Of a DNA stretch of 64,000 nucleotides, positions 1 through 7,655 are shown one piece after another; position 1 is the stretch's first letter, and every line of letters starts with the position of its first letter. The translations under genes and the position numbers were made by a program. A model generated the notes under the pieces. That model was not told the DNA's origin and searched no databases. It saw only the letters and a list, made by a program, of their open reading frames with translations. The stretch is from a virus. The DNA lies in the IMG/VR virus record IMGVR_UViG_3300037851_000259, positions 1 to 64,000 of that record; one strand, 5' to 3'.

Positions 1-125
1 TCCTAAAGCAGTATACTCAGGTATATCCTAAAGCAGTATACTCAGGTATATCCTAAAGCAGTATACTCAGGTATATCCTAAAGCAGTATACTCAGGTATA
101 TCCTAAAGCAGTATACTCAGGTATA
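1..125. repeat. Five perfect tandem copies of the 25-bp unit TCCTAAAGCAGTATACTCAGGTATA (iteron-like; array may continue upstream of the window)
   Basis: Read directly. Units at 1-25, 26-50, 51-75, 76-100 and 101-125 are identical. Each contains the 8-bp palindrome AGTATACT. The array ends 4 nt before an AAGGAG Shine-Dalgarno (130-135) and the ATG at 142. Confidence 0.95.
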
Positions 126-141
126 TCAGAAGGAGTCATTC

Positions 142-573
142 ATGCCCAAGATTCGTAAGCTCATATGTCTAACCCCTCAAGCTGTGGCTAAGCTCAGAGA
201 ACTTAGTCATAAAGCTCTTAAGTCAGAGTCGCTCATCATTGAGGAGCTTCTCCTCGTTCCTGAGCATCATCAGATATCTAATCTCCTGAAGCAGGCTCTG
301 GAACTTTCTGAAACGAAGTTCGCAGACGATCAGCTTCTCACTATGCTGCTATCTCAATACATCTCCAAGAGAAGAGCTGAGCAACCGCAACAGAAACAGC
401 CTCCCAAAGCTAAAGTCTTGTCTGTCGAGGTGTTGATGGAGTTAGAGCAGCAAGTGATTAAAAATCAGGAGATGGCCAAGAAAGCTGCGTCCACGCGTGG
501 AGAAACCATCGATGAATATGAAGTGTACTGGACAGAGCTTAACAGACTCATCAATGACTACTACGGCAAGTGA
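142..573 (+). CDS. Ribbon-helix-helix (CopG/Arc-like) DNA-binding protein, putative
   Basis: The N-terminus IRKLICLTPQAVAKLRELSHKALKSESLIIEELLL fits the strand-helix-helix RHH pattern (compare CopG KRLTITLSESVLENLEKMA..SKSAMISVALE). Good RBS. Sits immediately downstream of the iteron array. Confidence 0.55.
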   Translation: MPKIRKLICLTPQAVAKLRELSHKALKSESLIIEELLLVPEHHQISNLLKQALELSETKFADDQLLTMLLSQYISKRRAEQPQQKQPPKAKVLSVEVLMELEQQVIKNQEMAKKAASTRGETIDEYEVYWTELNRLINDYYGK

Positions 574-640
574 CTCGTGTGTGGGGAGGGCTCGGTTGGC
601 TCCGCCAGCTAAGCTGGCTCAATATGTATGACCATATGAC

Positions 641-994
641 TCAGTCCTCAAGATACAGAGCCTTGAGGGTAATCTCATCAAAGCCTTCAACAGCTGGGTC
701 TCCATCATTAGACACAAGCAGATACTTGTGACCTTGAGGAAGCTCCACTTGCAAAGCAAGCTCAGGAACAGCTTCTGCTTTGACGAGGTAAGAGAACGCT
801 CCCTCTCCGTAGCAGATACCCAAGCAGGGCTTCTCCTTATCGAGATAGTCAGCAAACTCCTCAGGAGGAAGGACACGATCTGTTCGCTCTTCTCCTGAGT
901 AGAAGTGATACGTCCACTCTTCTCTATCCCCAACTTTCATCAGGGGATAGACAAATTTCCCACCAGACAATACACGCAACTTATCCAACATCAC
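641..994 (-). CDS. Hypothetical protein
   Basis: 117-aa ORF. Its start overlaps the stop of the upstream gene in an ATGA-type coupling at 991-994. No recognisable motif. Confidence 0.5.
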   Translation of the reverse strand: MMLDKLRVLSGGKFVYPLMKVGDREEWTYHFYSGEERTDRVLPPEEFADYLDKEKPCLGICYGEGAFSYLVKAEAVPELALQVELPQGHKYLLVSNDGDPAVEGFDEITLKALYLED

Positions 995-1326
995 ATAGCT
1001 CCTATGTACTCTCTAATCACCTCAGAAGACTCCTCATCGATGAACACGATGGACTCTGTCCATGGGTTCTCCATGGGAGTCTCCGCTGCCAGAGGAGAGA
1101 AAGTAATCTCTCCGTTCATAGCTGTCATCTGCTGAGCCTTCATGGAGTTGTCATCAATGATGACCAATCCACAGAAGACATCATCAGGACCCACACCAGA
1201 GAAGGAGATGATGAGCTTATCTCCTTCATATGTCTCCTTACGAGCAGTGGCCGTGACATTCCACACGGGGTCATTGCCCATGCTCCTCAGAAAGCTCTCA
1301 ACCTTCATACCTCTTGACTGGTTCAT
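991..1326 (-). CDS. Hypothetical protein
   Basis: The ORF extends to 1350, but the ATG at 1326 is preceded by GGAG plus a 7-nt spacer. The 1350 start lies inside a strong hairpin and has no SD. Confidence 0.5.
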   Translation of the reverse strand: MNQSRGMKVESFLRSMGNDPVWNVTATARKETYEGDKLIISFSGVGPDDVFCGLVIIDDNSMKAQQMTAMNGEITFSPLAAETPMENPWTESIVFIDEESSEVIREYIGAM

Positions 1327-1350
1327 AAATACACTCCTAACAAGAAACAA

Positions 1351-1404
1351 GAGAACACACAGAGAGGAGAGCTAAGCCTCTCAGCAACATCTCTGTGTGT
1401 TCTC
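1351..1404. promoter_or_regulatory. 14-bp perfect inverted repeat (GAGAACACACAGAG / CTCTGTGTGTTCTC) with a nested GAGAG/CTCTC hairpin in the 26-nt spacer
   Basis: Read directly in the gap between the minus-strand genes ending at 1409 and starting at 1326. Likely an RNA stem-loop (terminator, processing or stability element). Confidence 0.6.
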
Positions 1405-1408
1405 ACAA

Positions 1409-1807
1409 CTAGAGAACCTCTGACATCAGATAGTTCTCAAACTCATCAACGCTATCGAAGAGCCTAGTCCGGCTATCACTCTCATCCGTGGCATCAGCAT
1501 AGGTCTCGACCATCAGCAGCCGACCCGTGAGCCAACCGTCCACCATCTGCCAGTAGAGGCTGTAGATGAAGATGTGATCACCTTCCTCCACAGTCTCAGA
1601 CAAGAGACACTTGCCGTCGGCGTTGAGGATGGACGTCTTACTAAGCCTCCTAGTAGGAGGAAGAGTGTGACTGACCACATAACCCCAGATGGTCTCGATC
1701 CTCTGAGCAGGAGAGCCACAGGTGAGGATGGCGGCAGCAACAGCGTCACGAGCTTTGGAACAGATATCGCATGACACAACGTATCTCTTTCTGGGAACAT
1801 GTCCCAT
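1409..1807 (-). CDS. Hypothetical protein, paralog of 2335..2784
   Basis: The C-terminal FDSVDEFENYLMSEV matches FDNVQEFLDYMVRTL of 2335..2784. Both also share an LPP motif after an N-terminal Cys-containing helix. Confidence 0.55.
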   Translation of the reverse strand: MGHVPRKRYVVSCDICSKARDAVAAAILTCGSPAQRIETIWGYVVSHTLPPTRRLSKTSILNADGKCLLSETVEEGDHIFIYSLYWQMVDGWLTGRLLMVETYADATDESDSRTRLFDSVDEFENYLMSEVL

Positions 1808-2057
1808 GGAGACTACCTGTCTACCTAAGACACCACGCCTCAGATAGACAGGCAGTATCTATGTGGGACCAGCAGATAAAGAGATTTGAACATACATCTC
1901 TCCTAACGAAGGAAACACTGACTAGCTGGGAACCTACCCAGAAGGACACGTGTCTCTTGATGAAACACAGAGACAATCCTCTCCTCACGATGCAGGAGAC
2001 ATATTCCCTCAGGACGAGGGAACAGACCGACAATACAGAAACAAGCAAAGACCATAA

Positions 2058-2327
2058 TCAGACTCCTATTGAGAGGAGATAGCCGTCGACTGCCTCCTTA
2101 TCCAAGATCTGAGACATTGCTCTCAGATCTACCTCGTCTGTGGCCAGTGTTCCCCACTGGATACAGACTTTCTCCCCAATCAACAGCGACATCCAATGGA
2201 CGCCGCCTTCACGAATAGTCTCGAAACGGAGGTATCTCCCATAAGGAGTCTCCGTGTCATTAGTACGAGGACAGAGCTTCTCTATCCTCTCAAGCCAATC
2301 CATACATCCTCCTAAGCCCTGAGCCAA
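2058..2327 (-). CDS. Hypothetical protein
   Basis: 89-aa ORF in the same orientation as its neighbours. No motif recognised. Confidence 0.4.
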   Translation of the reverse strand: MAQGLGGCMDWLERIEKLCPRTNDTETPYGRYLRFETIREGGVHWMSLLIGEKVCIQWGTLATDEVDLRAMSQILDKEAVDGYLLSIGV

Positions 2328-2334
2328 CCGAATG

Positions 2335-2784
2335 TCACTTAGCCAGAGTCCTGACCATGTAGTCTAGGAACTCCTGGACGTTGTCGAAGCTATGCAACTT
2401 CGACTTACTCTTGATGTCAGCATGCGACGACGTGTCACATACCAAGAGATGGATCTTGTCTTCCCACCAGCTAACGCTGACGAGATGACTGTATCCCTCT
2501 TCCATCACCACAGATGTGATGGAATTCCCCATGTCAATCTCCGTCCTATTGCATGGAGGAAGGAGATGCTCACAGAGCTTCTTGTACACCGTTCGAACCT
2601 TCTCATCCTTGCTAGCACAAGCAAGGAGAGACTGATGCCATTTCATAGAAATCATCTCGTCACCACTCCAAGTTGGAGTGTCCGCAGCACGGACACTCCC
2701 CAAGACTCTTCCAGCCCTTGGTCGCTCCGGGAAGAGTGATTCCTTCCTTACCGAGGATGACTTCATCCTCATACGAGACCGCAC
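2335..2784 (-). CDS. Hypothetical protein, paralog of 1409..1807 (true start possibly ATG at 2655)
   Basis: Paralogy as described for 1409..1807. The first 43 codons are Arg/Ser-rich and have no counterpart in the paralog. The internal ATG at 2655 has a GGAG upstream. Confidence 0.5.
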   Translation of the reverse strand: MRSRMRMKSSSVRKESLFPERPRAGRVLGSVRAADTPTWSGDEMISMKWHQSLLACASKDEKVRTVYKKLCEHLLPPCNRTEIDMGNSITSVVMEEGYSHLVSVSWWEDKIHLLVCDTSSHADIKSKSKLHSFDNVQEFLDYMVRTLAK

Positions 2785-2859
2785 CGCAGCGGTCTTGGCA
2801 GTGGCGTCTCATCAACGCCAGACAAGGCAAGGGAGTTACCCCTTACCCTGTTTCGACCT

Positions 2860-3549
2860 TTACTCCTGAGATGGGGGAGGTGTGATCCCCATTTTGGCCA
2901 GCTGAGCAGCAACCTGCTCAGCTACCATCCGAGCGATGGTCGCTTCATCTACCCGAGGAGCCGTCTTCTTGGTGAGGCGGGTTTTCACCGCCTCGACCAT
3001 CTCCAGTGGAGATATCTCTCCACGAAGGAGCCGACCCTTCTCCTCGGAGTTCGCCTTCCCGAGGATATCCTCTGGAGTCATGGACGAGACGTCCGCGCTC
3101 TCACCCCGGAAGGGGCGAGGAGCGCAACGAGCGCCACCCTCTTGGGAAGGAGTAGACTCCTCCTTCCAGAAGTAGGCGACGGGCCGGAGGCCCTTCTCAC
3201 CCTGAGCTACCTCTCTTGAGATGGGATGAGTCTTAAACTCACCCTCGTCCTTCGGGAACCAAGCGTCAGTCATATGACTGACGAGCGAGGTAATCTCGCT
3301 GTTCTTCAGTCCCTGGGAAGCCCCAGGGACGACTGCTTCGAGCACCAGCCGCTCGAAGCATTGCTTGGCGGAGCCCTGTGGCCCCGCCTCGATACGGGAG
3401 GCGGATTTAACTGCCTCCAGGACCGATACGGGGATCTTGACGGAGTCAATGACTCCGCCATTGGCTCGCACCTTGCGGTGCGAGAAGGAGGATGCTGGGA
3501 CAGACTCGACAGTCTTACGGAACATTGATGCTGTGATCATGATGATCAC
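2860..3549 (-). CDS. Hypothetical protein (GC-rich gene)
   Basis: 229-aa ORF with protein-like composition. GC is about 57 percent in a 60-nt line I counted, against about 40 percent in a line near 8461. Confidence 0.55.
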   Translation of the reverse strand: MIIMITASMFRKTVESVPASSFSHRKVRANGGVIDSVKIPVSVLEAVKSASRIEAGPQGSAKQCFERLVLEAVVPGASQGLKNSEITSLVSHMTDAWFPKDEGEFKTHPISREVAQGEKGLRPVAYFWKEESTPSQEGGARCAPRPFRGESADVSSMTPEDILGKANSEEKGRLLRGEISPLEMVEAVKTRLTKKTAPRVDEATIARMVAEQVAAQLAKMGITPPPSQE

Positions 3550-4175
3550 TCCTTATGGGCTGTCCCTCCCCCCATCAGCCCAAACCTATGGGCAAGTAAT
3601 TGGGGGGAGGCATTAAACAAACAACCCCATTGGGACACCTAGCAGGAGATGCCCCTATGGGGTGGCTTGTTTGTGTTGTGCATAGCTAACATACATGTTA
3701 AAAGCGTTTACACTTTAGCTTAATGTGCTAACAGCGGTTTAGTAACTTGTTAAACCTTAGTAAACTAAGGCAATGGCAAGCTTAGGTATATGCCTTACCT
3801 AACCCGCATAGGCTTAACCCGTATAATCCTACACTAGTTAAACCTTAACCACCCATGGCAAAGGCCACTTAGGTATGCCCACACACTAACACAGCCCGCG
3901 CCGCCTTGCAAGCACTTGCTGCCACTTTGTTAATGTGCGCAAAACACTTAGCTAAGGGTAAAAAGTACACTTAGGGAAGTGGGGGCACCCCTCTCTATAC
4001 TTTGGGAAAATTTCTCAACTTTCGTTGGCTTTTGTCACACCCTCCTCTATACGTTTGAGCTTTGCTCAAACACCTGTGGGAAATCGAAACCAAAGGTTTC
4101 GCTTGAGCTTTTCTTAAACTAATTAGAGTCTCATAACATGGAGGAGAAACCCGTGATATTCATGAGGAGAAGCCC
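3550..4175. promoter_or_regulatory. About 620-bp noncoding divergent intergenic region with repeated motifs and palindromes
   Basis: No credible ORF.
- Duplicated motifs: GTTAAACCTTA (3749-3759, 3837-3847); CACTTT..TTAATGTGC (3711-3728, 3923-3938); CTTAGGTAT (3781-3789, 3868-3876).
- Palindromes: GTTTGAGC-TTT-GCTCAAAC (4053-4071); GAAACC-AAA-GGTTTC (4086-4100).
- Imperfect long hairpin at about 3617-3674. Confidence 0.6.
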
Positions 4176-4757
4176 ATGATTCTTAAGACCGACTATAGAG
4201 ACTTCTATGATATTTGGCTATCCCTAGATGGAAAGCCTCCAGTATGGTGGCGAAGGACAACAGATGGCCCAGATCGTATAGAGATGTTCGCTCTCCTCAA
4301 AGCCATGGGTCTTTCGACCCCTCTTATAAATCCAAAGACCGGCCCTTGCGTCGTTCACAGGAACATCAAGGCCCATTGTGGAGAGGGCAAGCAGCTAGAA
4401 AGCGGGCCTGCTCCGCAAGGAAACCTTGCTTTTAACGTCGAATATGTTGGCGACTTTCCTGGGGAAAGCTGGAGATATCTCTATCTAGCTGGGGAAGTGT
4501 TTTGGATTAAGTATTCGTCGACGGAGTCGTGGATGAGCAATGTTGGGGACGGAAATGTTGAAGTGTTGGGCAGGATACCGGAAGTTGAGATTCCTAATAT
4601 TCTGAGGAGTCCTGTTTGGGCTGTGGACTTTGTTAGGTGCTTGAGGAGGGGTCTGTTGGCTGTGGACCTGAATGTTGCGCCGGGTTGTTGGCCAGTTAGA
4701 CATTTGGTCAGTGGGGAGTCCATAGGAAGGCAGGTTGCTGGTCTTCTAGGAAGATAA
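4176..4757 (+). CDS. Hypothetical protein
   Basis: 193-aa ORF with GAGGAGAAG upstream of the ATG. The 3' half lies in a G+T-rich segment, so the C-terminal extent is uncertain. Confidence 0.45.
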   Translation: MILKTDYRDFYDIWLSLDGKPPVWWRRTTDGPDRIEMFALLKAMGLSTPLINPKTGPCVVHRNIKAHCGEGKQLESGPAPQGNLAFNVEYVGDFPGESWRYLYLAGEVFWIKYSSTESWMSNVGDGNVEVLGRIPEVEIPNILRSPVWAVDFVRCLRRGLLAVDLNVAPGCWPVRHLVSGESIGRQVAGLLGR

Positions 4758-5067
4758 GGCTCCAGGATGGAAGGGATGTTTGGATACGGACTGCCTCTAG
4801 GACCTCCATTACGAAGGGGTCGTTGGGTTCGTGAGAAGCTAGGCGCTTGATTTGGGTGATGTGGGCGAACTTTTGGGAGAAGGCTTTGTAGAAGTCCATT
4901 TGGGTTGGATATCTTTTGAGGTCGCGCAGGAAGTGCAGTTCGATAAAGCTCGCTTCGCAAGCAAAGATTGCTTCGCTAGAGGAGCGTGTTAGGAGGCAGA
5001 AGTCTGCGGGGTAGTGGCCACTGGACAAAATGACCGCTTCGATTTTGCTTAGAAGGTTTGATTTCAT
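4708..5067 (-). CDS. Hypothetical protein (119 aa)
   Basis: Only the 3' 119 codons of track ORF 4708..6024 look protein-like (MKSNLLSKIEAVILSSGHYPADF...). The ATG at 5067 overlaps the RNA ligase stop as ATGA (5064-5067). Confidence 0.5.
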   Translation of the reverse strand: MKSNLLSKIEAVILSSGHYPADFCLLTRSSSEAIFACEASFIELHFLRDLKRYPTQMDFYKAFSQKFAHITQIKRLASHEPNDPFVMEVLEAVRIQTSLPSWSLIFLEDQQPAFLWTPH

Positions 5068-6230
5068 TTCTGGCTCCACCGAATGTCGAAGCTTGGGCTT
5101 ATGACTTTGAAGCTTGTCATATTGGCTTGGCCACGGTCTGGGGGACGCACGTCCAGGGGGCGCAAGACTACACCTTCGCGCAGGACCTTGTCCCCGAACA
5201 AGGAGAAGCCGTCGGCGTATTTGAGGAGTTCGGGCATGGACTTGAAGGTCCAGGTGAAGGTTTCGAGATGGGGCACCACGTCCAGGCCCACACTTTGACA
5301 GAGAGTTTTCATTTCGGAGTAGGGCAGGTATTGGCCTGTTTTGATGTTGCGCATGTTGAAGATGAAGTAACAGCGTGAGGGGAAGGCGTATTTGTTGCTT
5401 TGGATGCCGGGGCCACAGAGTTCGCCTTGGATGTAGAAGTCGTAGTTGAGCTTTTTGTGGAGGGCTATGAGTTTGGACTTGATGTCGTTGCTTTTGGCAA
5501 AGGTCCAGTAGTTGTTGACTGTTCCTTCTTTGAGGTTGAGGTTGCGGGAACAGACGGTGAGTTTGTATTTGGGTCGGAAGAGACCTATTTGCTTTTGGAG
5601 GGCAAAGAGGCAGGACTGACCGTCGAGCTTTTCGGTGGCGAGCCAGGTTTGGCCCTGGTATTGGTCGTAGATGTAGGGCAGGTTTTGGGCTCGGGTTTCG
5701 TCTGATTTGGACGCCCATTTGGGCCAGGAGTAGGACTCTTTCTTTTGGAAGAAGAGCTTGTTGTAGAGCTTTGTTAAGAGCGGGAAGCGGTAGATGAAGC
5801 GACGGAAGGCGGAGAGGGGCTTGGGCTCTACTTTGGTGGCGCTGGCCTCTTCGAGGGATTCGGGGTCGTATTTGATGATGCCCAGGGCTTCTGTTACGTC
5901 TGCACCATCGGCAAGCTTGTGGGCCTCGGGGCAGAGGGAGATTGGGAGGACCAGGCCCTCGGAGTAGAGGTTGCACATTTTCATGTTGCGTATGCGGAAG
6001 CCATTCCATTTTTCGCTGTAGCAACGTGCGCGAAGGAACTCGAACTCTGGGCGCACGGGCAAAAGCGAGTCTACTTCGCAGTAGATTACTTTGTCGTCCA
6101 CTTTGGTGTCGGCTGAGACGATGACACGGAAGGAGACGTTTTTGAAGGAAGCATAGAGGATACGGTCTTTGTCTTTGATTGGCTCCAGGGAGGCAATGGT
6201 TTGAACAGTCGCCAGGTTGCGATTAGACAT
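5064..6230 (-). CDS. RNA ligase, DRB0094/Rnl5-like family
   Basis: - Nucleotidyltransferase motif I: ATEKLDGQS (KxDG).
- GELCGPGIQSNKY and EGVVLRP...SFKVISPSF resemble motifs IV/V.
- The N-terminal module VQTIASLEPIKDKDRI...VIYCEVDSLLP is typical of DRB0094-type ligases. Confidence 0.72.
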   Translation of the reverse strand: MSNRNLATVQTIASLEPIKDKDRILYASFKNVSFRVIVSADTKVDDKVIYCEVDSLLPVRPEFEFLRARCYSEKWNGFRIRNMKMCNLYSEGLVLPISLCPEAHKLADGADVTEALGIIKYDPESLEEASATKVEPKPLSAFRRFIYRFPLLTKLYNKLFFQKKESYSWPKWASKSDETRAQNLPYIYDQYQGQTWLATEKLDGQSCLFALQKQIGLFRPKYKLTVCSRNLNLKEGTVNNYWTFAKSNDIKSKLIALHKKLNYDFYIQGELCGPGIQSNKYAFPSRCYFIFNMRNIKTGQYLPYSEMKTLCQSVGLDVVPHLETFTWTFKSMPELLKYADGFSLFGDKVLREGVVLRPLDVRPPDRGQANMTSFKVISPSFDIRWSQK

Positions 6231-6642
6231 TTGAGATTTCTCCTATGATGATGGGGTGAGAACTGCCTAGTTCTTCGGCTATTTCTTTGAGAAGGGCCTC
6301 TTTGCTGTTGGGGTGCTTGAAGATGTACATTTTCAGGCAATGAACGGAGCAGAAGCCCCAAGGGGAGAGGACGTGCTCTTTGGGGTCTTGGTCAGTCATG
6401 CAGTAGCAGAGTTGGCAGCAGAAGGTTGGCTTGTGGCTCAACCCTGTAGAAACGCCGTAGATATTGAAGTAATTGAAGTAACCACTCAGTTGCTGTTCGG
6501 TCATTGTGGCTGGTGGGGCTTCTGAACAGGGGTTGTCTGCGAGGCATTCACCCACAATGGTTCTTATGTAATCCAACTCAGTCTGACGAGCCTCCTGGGT
6601 TCGACGTTCGTAGTTTGAGCGATTTATTGGGGTAATTGGCAT
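6223..6642 (-). CDS. Hypothetical Cys-rich protein
   Basis: 139-aa ORF with clusters FCCQLCYC and FCSVHC. Its 3' end overlaps the ligase start by 8 nt. Confidence 0.55.
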   Translation of the reverse strand: MPITPINRSNYERRTQEARQTELDYIRTIVGECLADNPCSEAPPATMTEQQLSGYFNYFNIYGVSTGLSHKPTFCCQLCYCMTDQDPKEHVLSPWGFCSVHCLKMYIFKHPNSKEALLKEIAEELGSSHPIIIGEISNV

Positions 6643-6938
6643 CAGTCGCCTCCTGTTGGCAAAGTCGAAATTTCGGTGGGGGAGGCGGACGGAACATTGC
6701 TGCTTATCTCTTTCTCAGGGAAGAGGATCATCTCTACTTCTATGTTGGAGAAGAGCGGGCGACCTTCGATGAAGGTCTTGCGGTTGATTTTCTCGATTAC
6801 TTTGTGAACGACGGTGGCCATCTTTGGAGATGGTGACATGTAGATGTGTACCTTCTTTGCCACTTTGCCGAAGACGGCAGAGTTCCAGGTTACGGCTACT
6901 GCATATCGTTTGTCGCAGATACAAAGGACTTTTGCCAC
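6642..6938 (-). CDS. Hypothetical protein
   Basis: 98-aa ORF. Its last base overlaps the start of the downstream gene. Confidence 0.5.
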   Translation of the reverse strand: MAKVLCICDKRYAVAVTWNSAVFGKVAKKVHIYMSPSPKMATVVHKVIEKINRKTFIEGRPLFSNIEVEMILFPEKEISSNVPSASPTEISTLPTGGD

Positions 6939-7017
6939 GGCTTGTTCTCCTGTTTGGGCGCGTTACTTAAGCTTAAGCTAATGCCACAAAATGGAAAAGC
7001 CCCGTGTAAGGCGTTTT

Positions 7018-7638
7018 TCAAAGGTATTCGAATTTGGCTTCTACGTTTATTTCTGGATAGCCGATTTTGTCGATTATGGACATTTCTTTGGCTTGTTCGG
7101 CATTGAGGTAGATGTCACGCTTTGCTTGGAAGAGCTTTGTCAAAGTTGCGGGCCTAGACTTGATGTTTTTAGCAAGGCGAGCGACTACTAGGGTGTTGAG
7201 GCGCTTGAGTTCTTCTATGTCCAGGTTAACGTCATGTACGTTGCCGTAGTTATGACCTCCTAGAGCTTCATGAATCATCACTGTTGAAGAAGGAGTGGCG
7301 TAGCGCACGCTGCCAGAGGAGAGCAAGATGGCTCCTGCTGAGAATGCTTTGCCTGTACATACAGTGACGATGGTGATGTCATGCTTTGTTCTTAGGGTAT
7401 CCCAGAAGTCTAGGATAGAGAAGAGGGCGTAGATGTCGCCACCGTTTGAGTCAATGTTGAAGATTAGAGGATAGTCAGGCTTGGCGTCTAGCTGCTTTAG
7501 ACAGCGGTTTCGGAGTTTGTTTGGGAGCTGGCTCGTTATGGTCTGTACAGGTATGTACAGGTCGCTTGTTGGGTCTTCTGGGTGATTGTTTTGGGAAACA
7601 ATTGACCTGATTTTGCGTACAGTTTTCAAAGGGGACAT
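7018..7638 (-). CDS. ClpP-like (S14 family) serine protease
   Basis: - IFNIDSNGGDIYALFSILD and TGKAFSAGAILLSSG (catalytic Ser context).
- VMIHEALGG (His).
- RDIYLNAEQAKEMSIIDKIG, the ClpP C-terminal signature.
- Start set at the ATG at 7638, which has AAAGAGGAA upstream. Confidence 0.72.
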   Translation of the reverse strand: MSPLKTVRKIRSIVSQNNHPEDPTSDLYIPVQTITSQLPNKLRNRCLKQLDAKPDYPLIFNIDSNGGDIYALFSILDFWDTLRTKHDITIVTVCTGKAFSAGAILLSSGSVRYATPSSTVMIHEALGGHNYGNVHDVNLDIEELKRLNTLVVARLAKNIKSRPATLTKLFQAKRDIYLNAEQAKEMSIIDKIGYPEINVEAKFEYL

Positions 7639-7655
7639 GGTGTTCCTCTTTCTTT

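Noticed and set aside
1-125. Possibility that the 25-bp repeats are a CRISPR array
   Set aside because: The units are directly adjacent with no spacers, so this is a simple tandem (iteron-like) repeat.
1771-2082. ORFs in the 250-bp gap between 1807 and 2058 (+ strand 103 aa at 1771..2082; minus strand 75 aa at 1821..2048)
   Set aside because: Neither has a convincing SD or a protein-like composition. The minus-strand one is hydrophobic and might be a small membrane protein, but I cannot support it.
5068-6024. Upper about 320 codons of track ORF 4708..6024 (438 aa), same strand as the RNA ligase but in another frame
   Set aside because: The translation is Pro/Arg/Gln/His/Leu-rich junk (…PRIPRRGQRHQSRAQAPLRLPS…). 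It lies fully inside the well-supported ligase gene. The absence of stops is explained by the extreme C/A richness of that coding strand. Only the 3' 119 codons (4708..5067) were kept.
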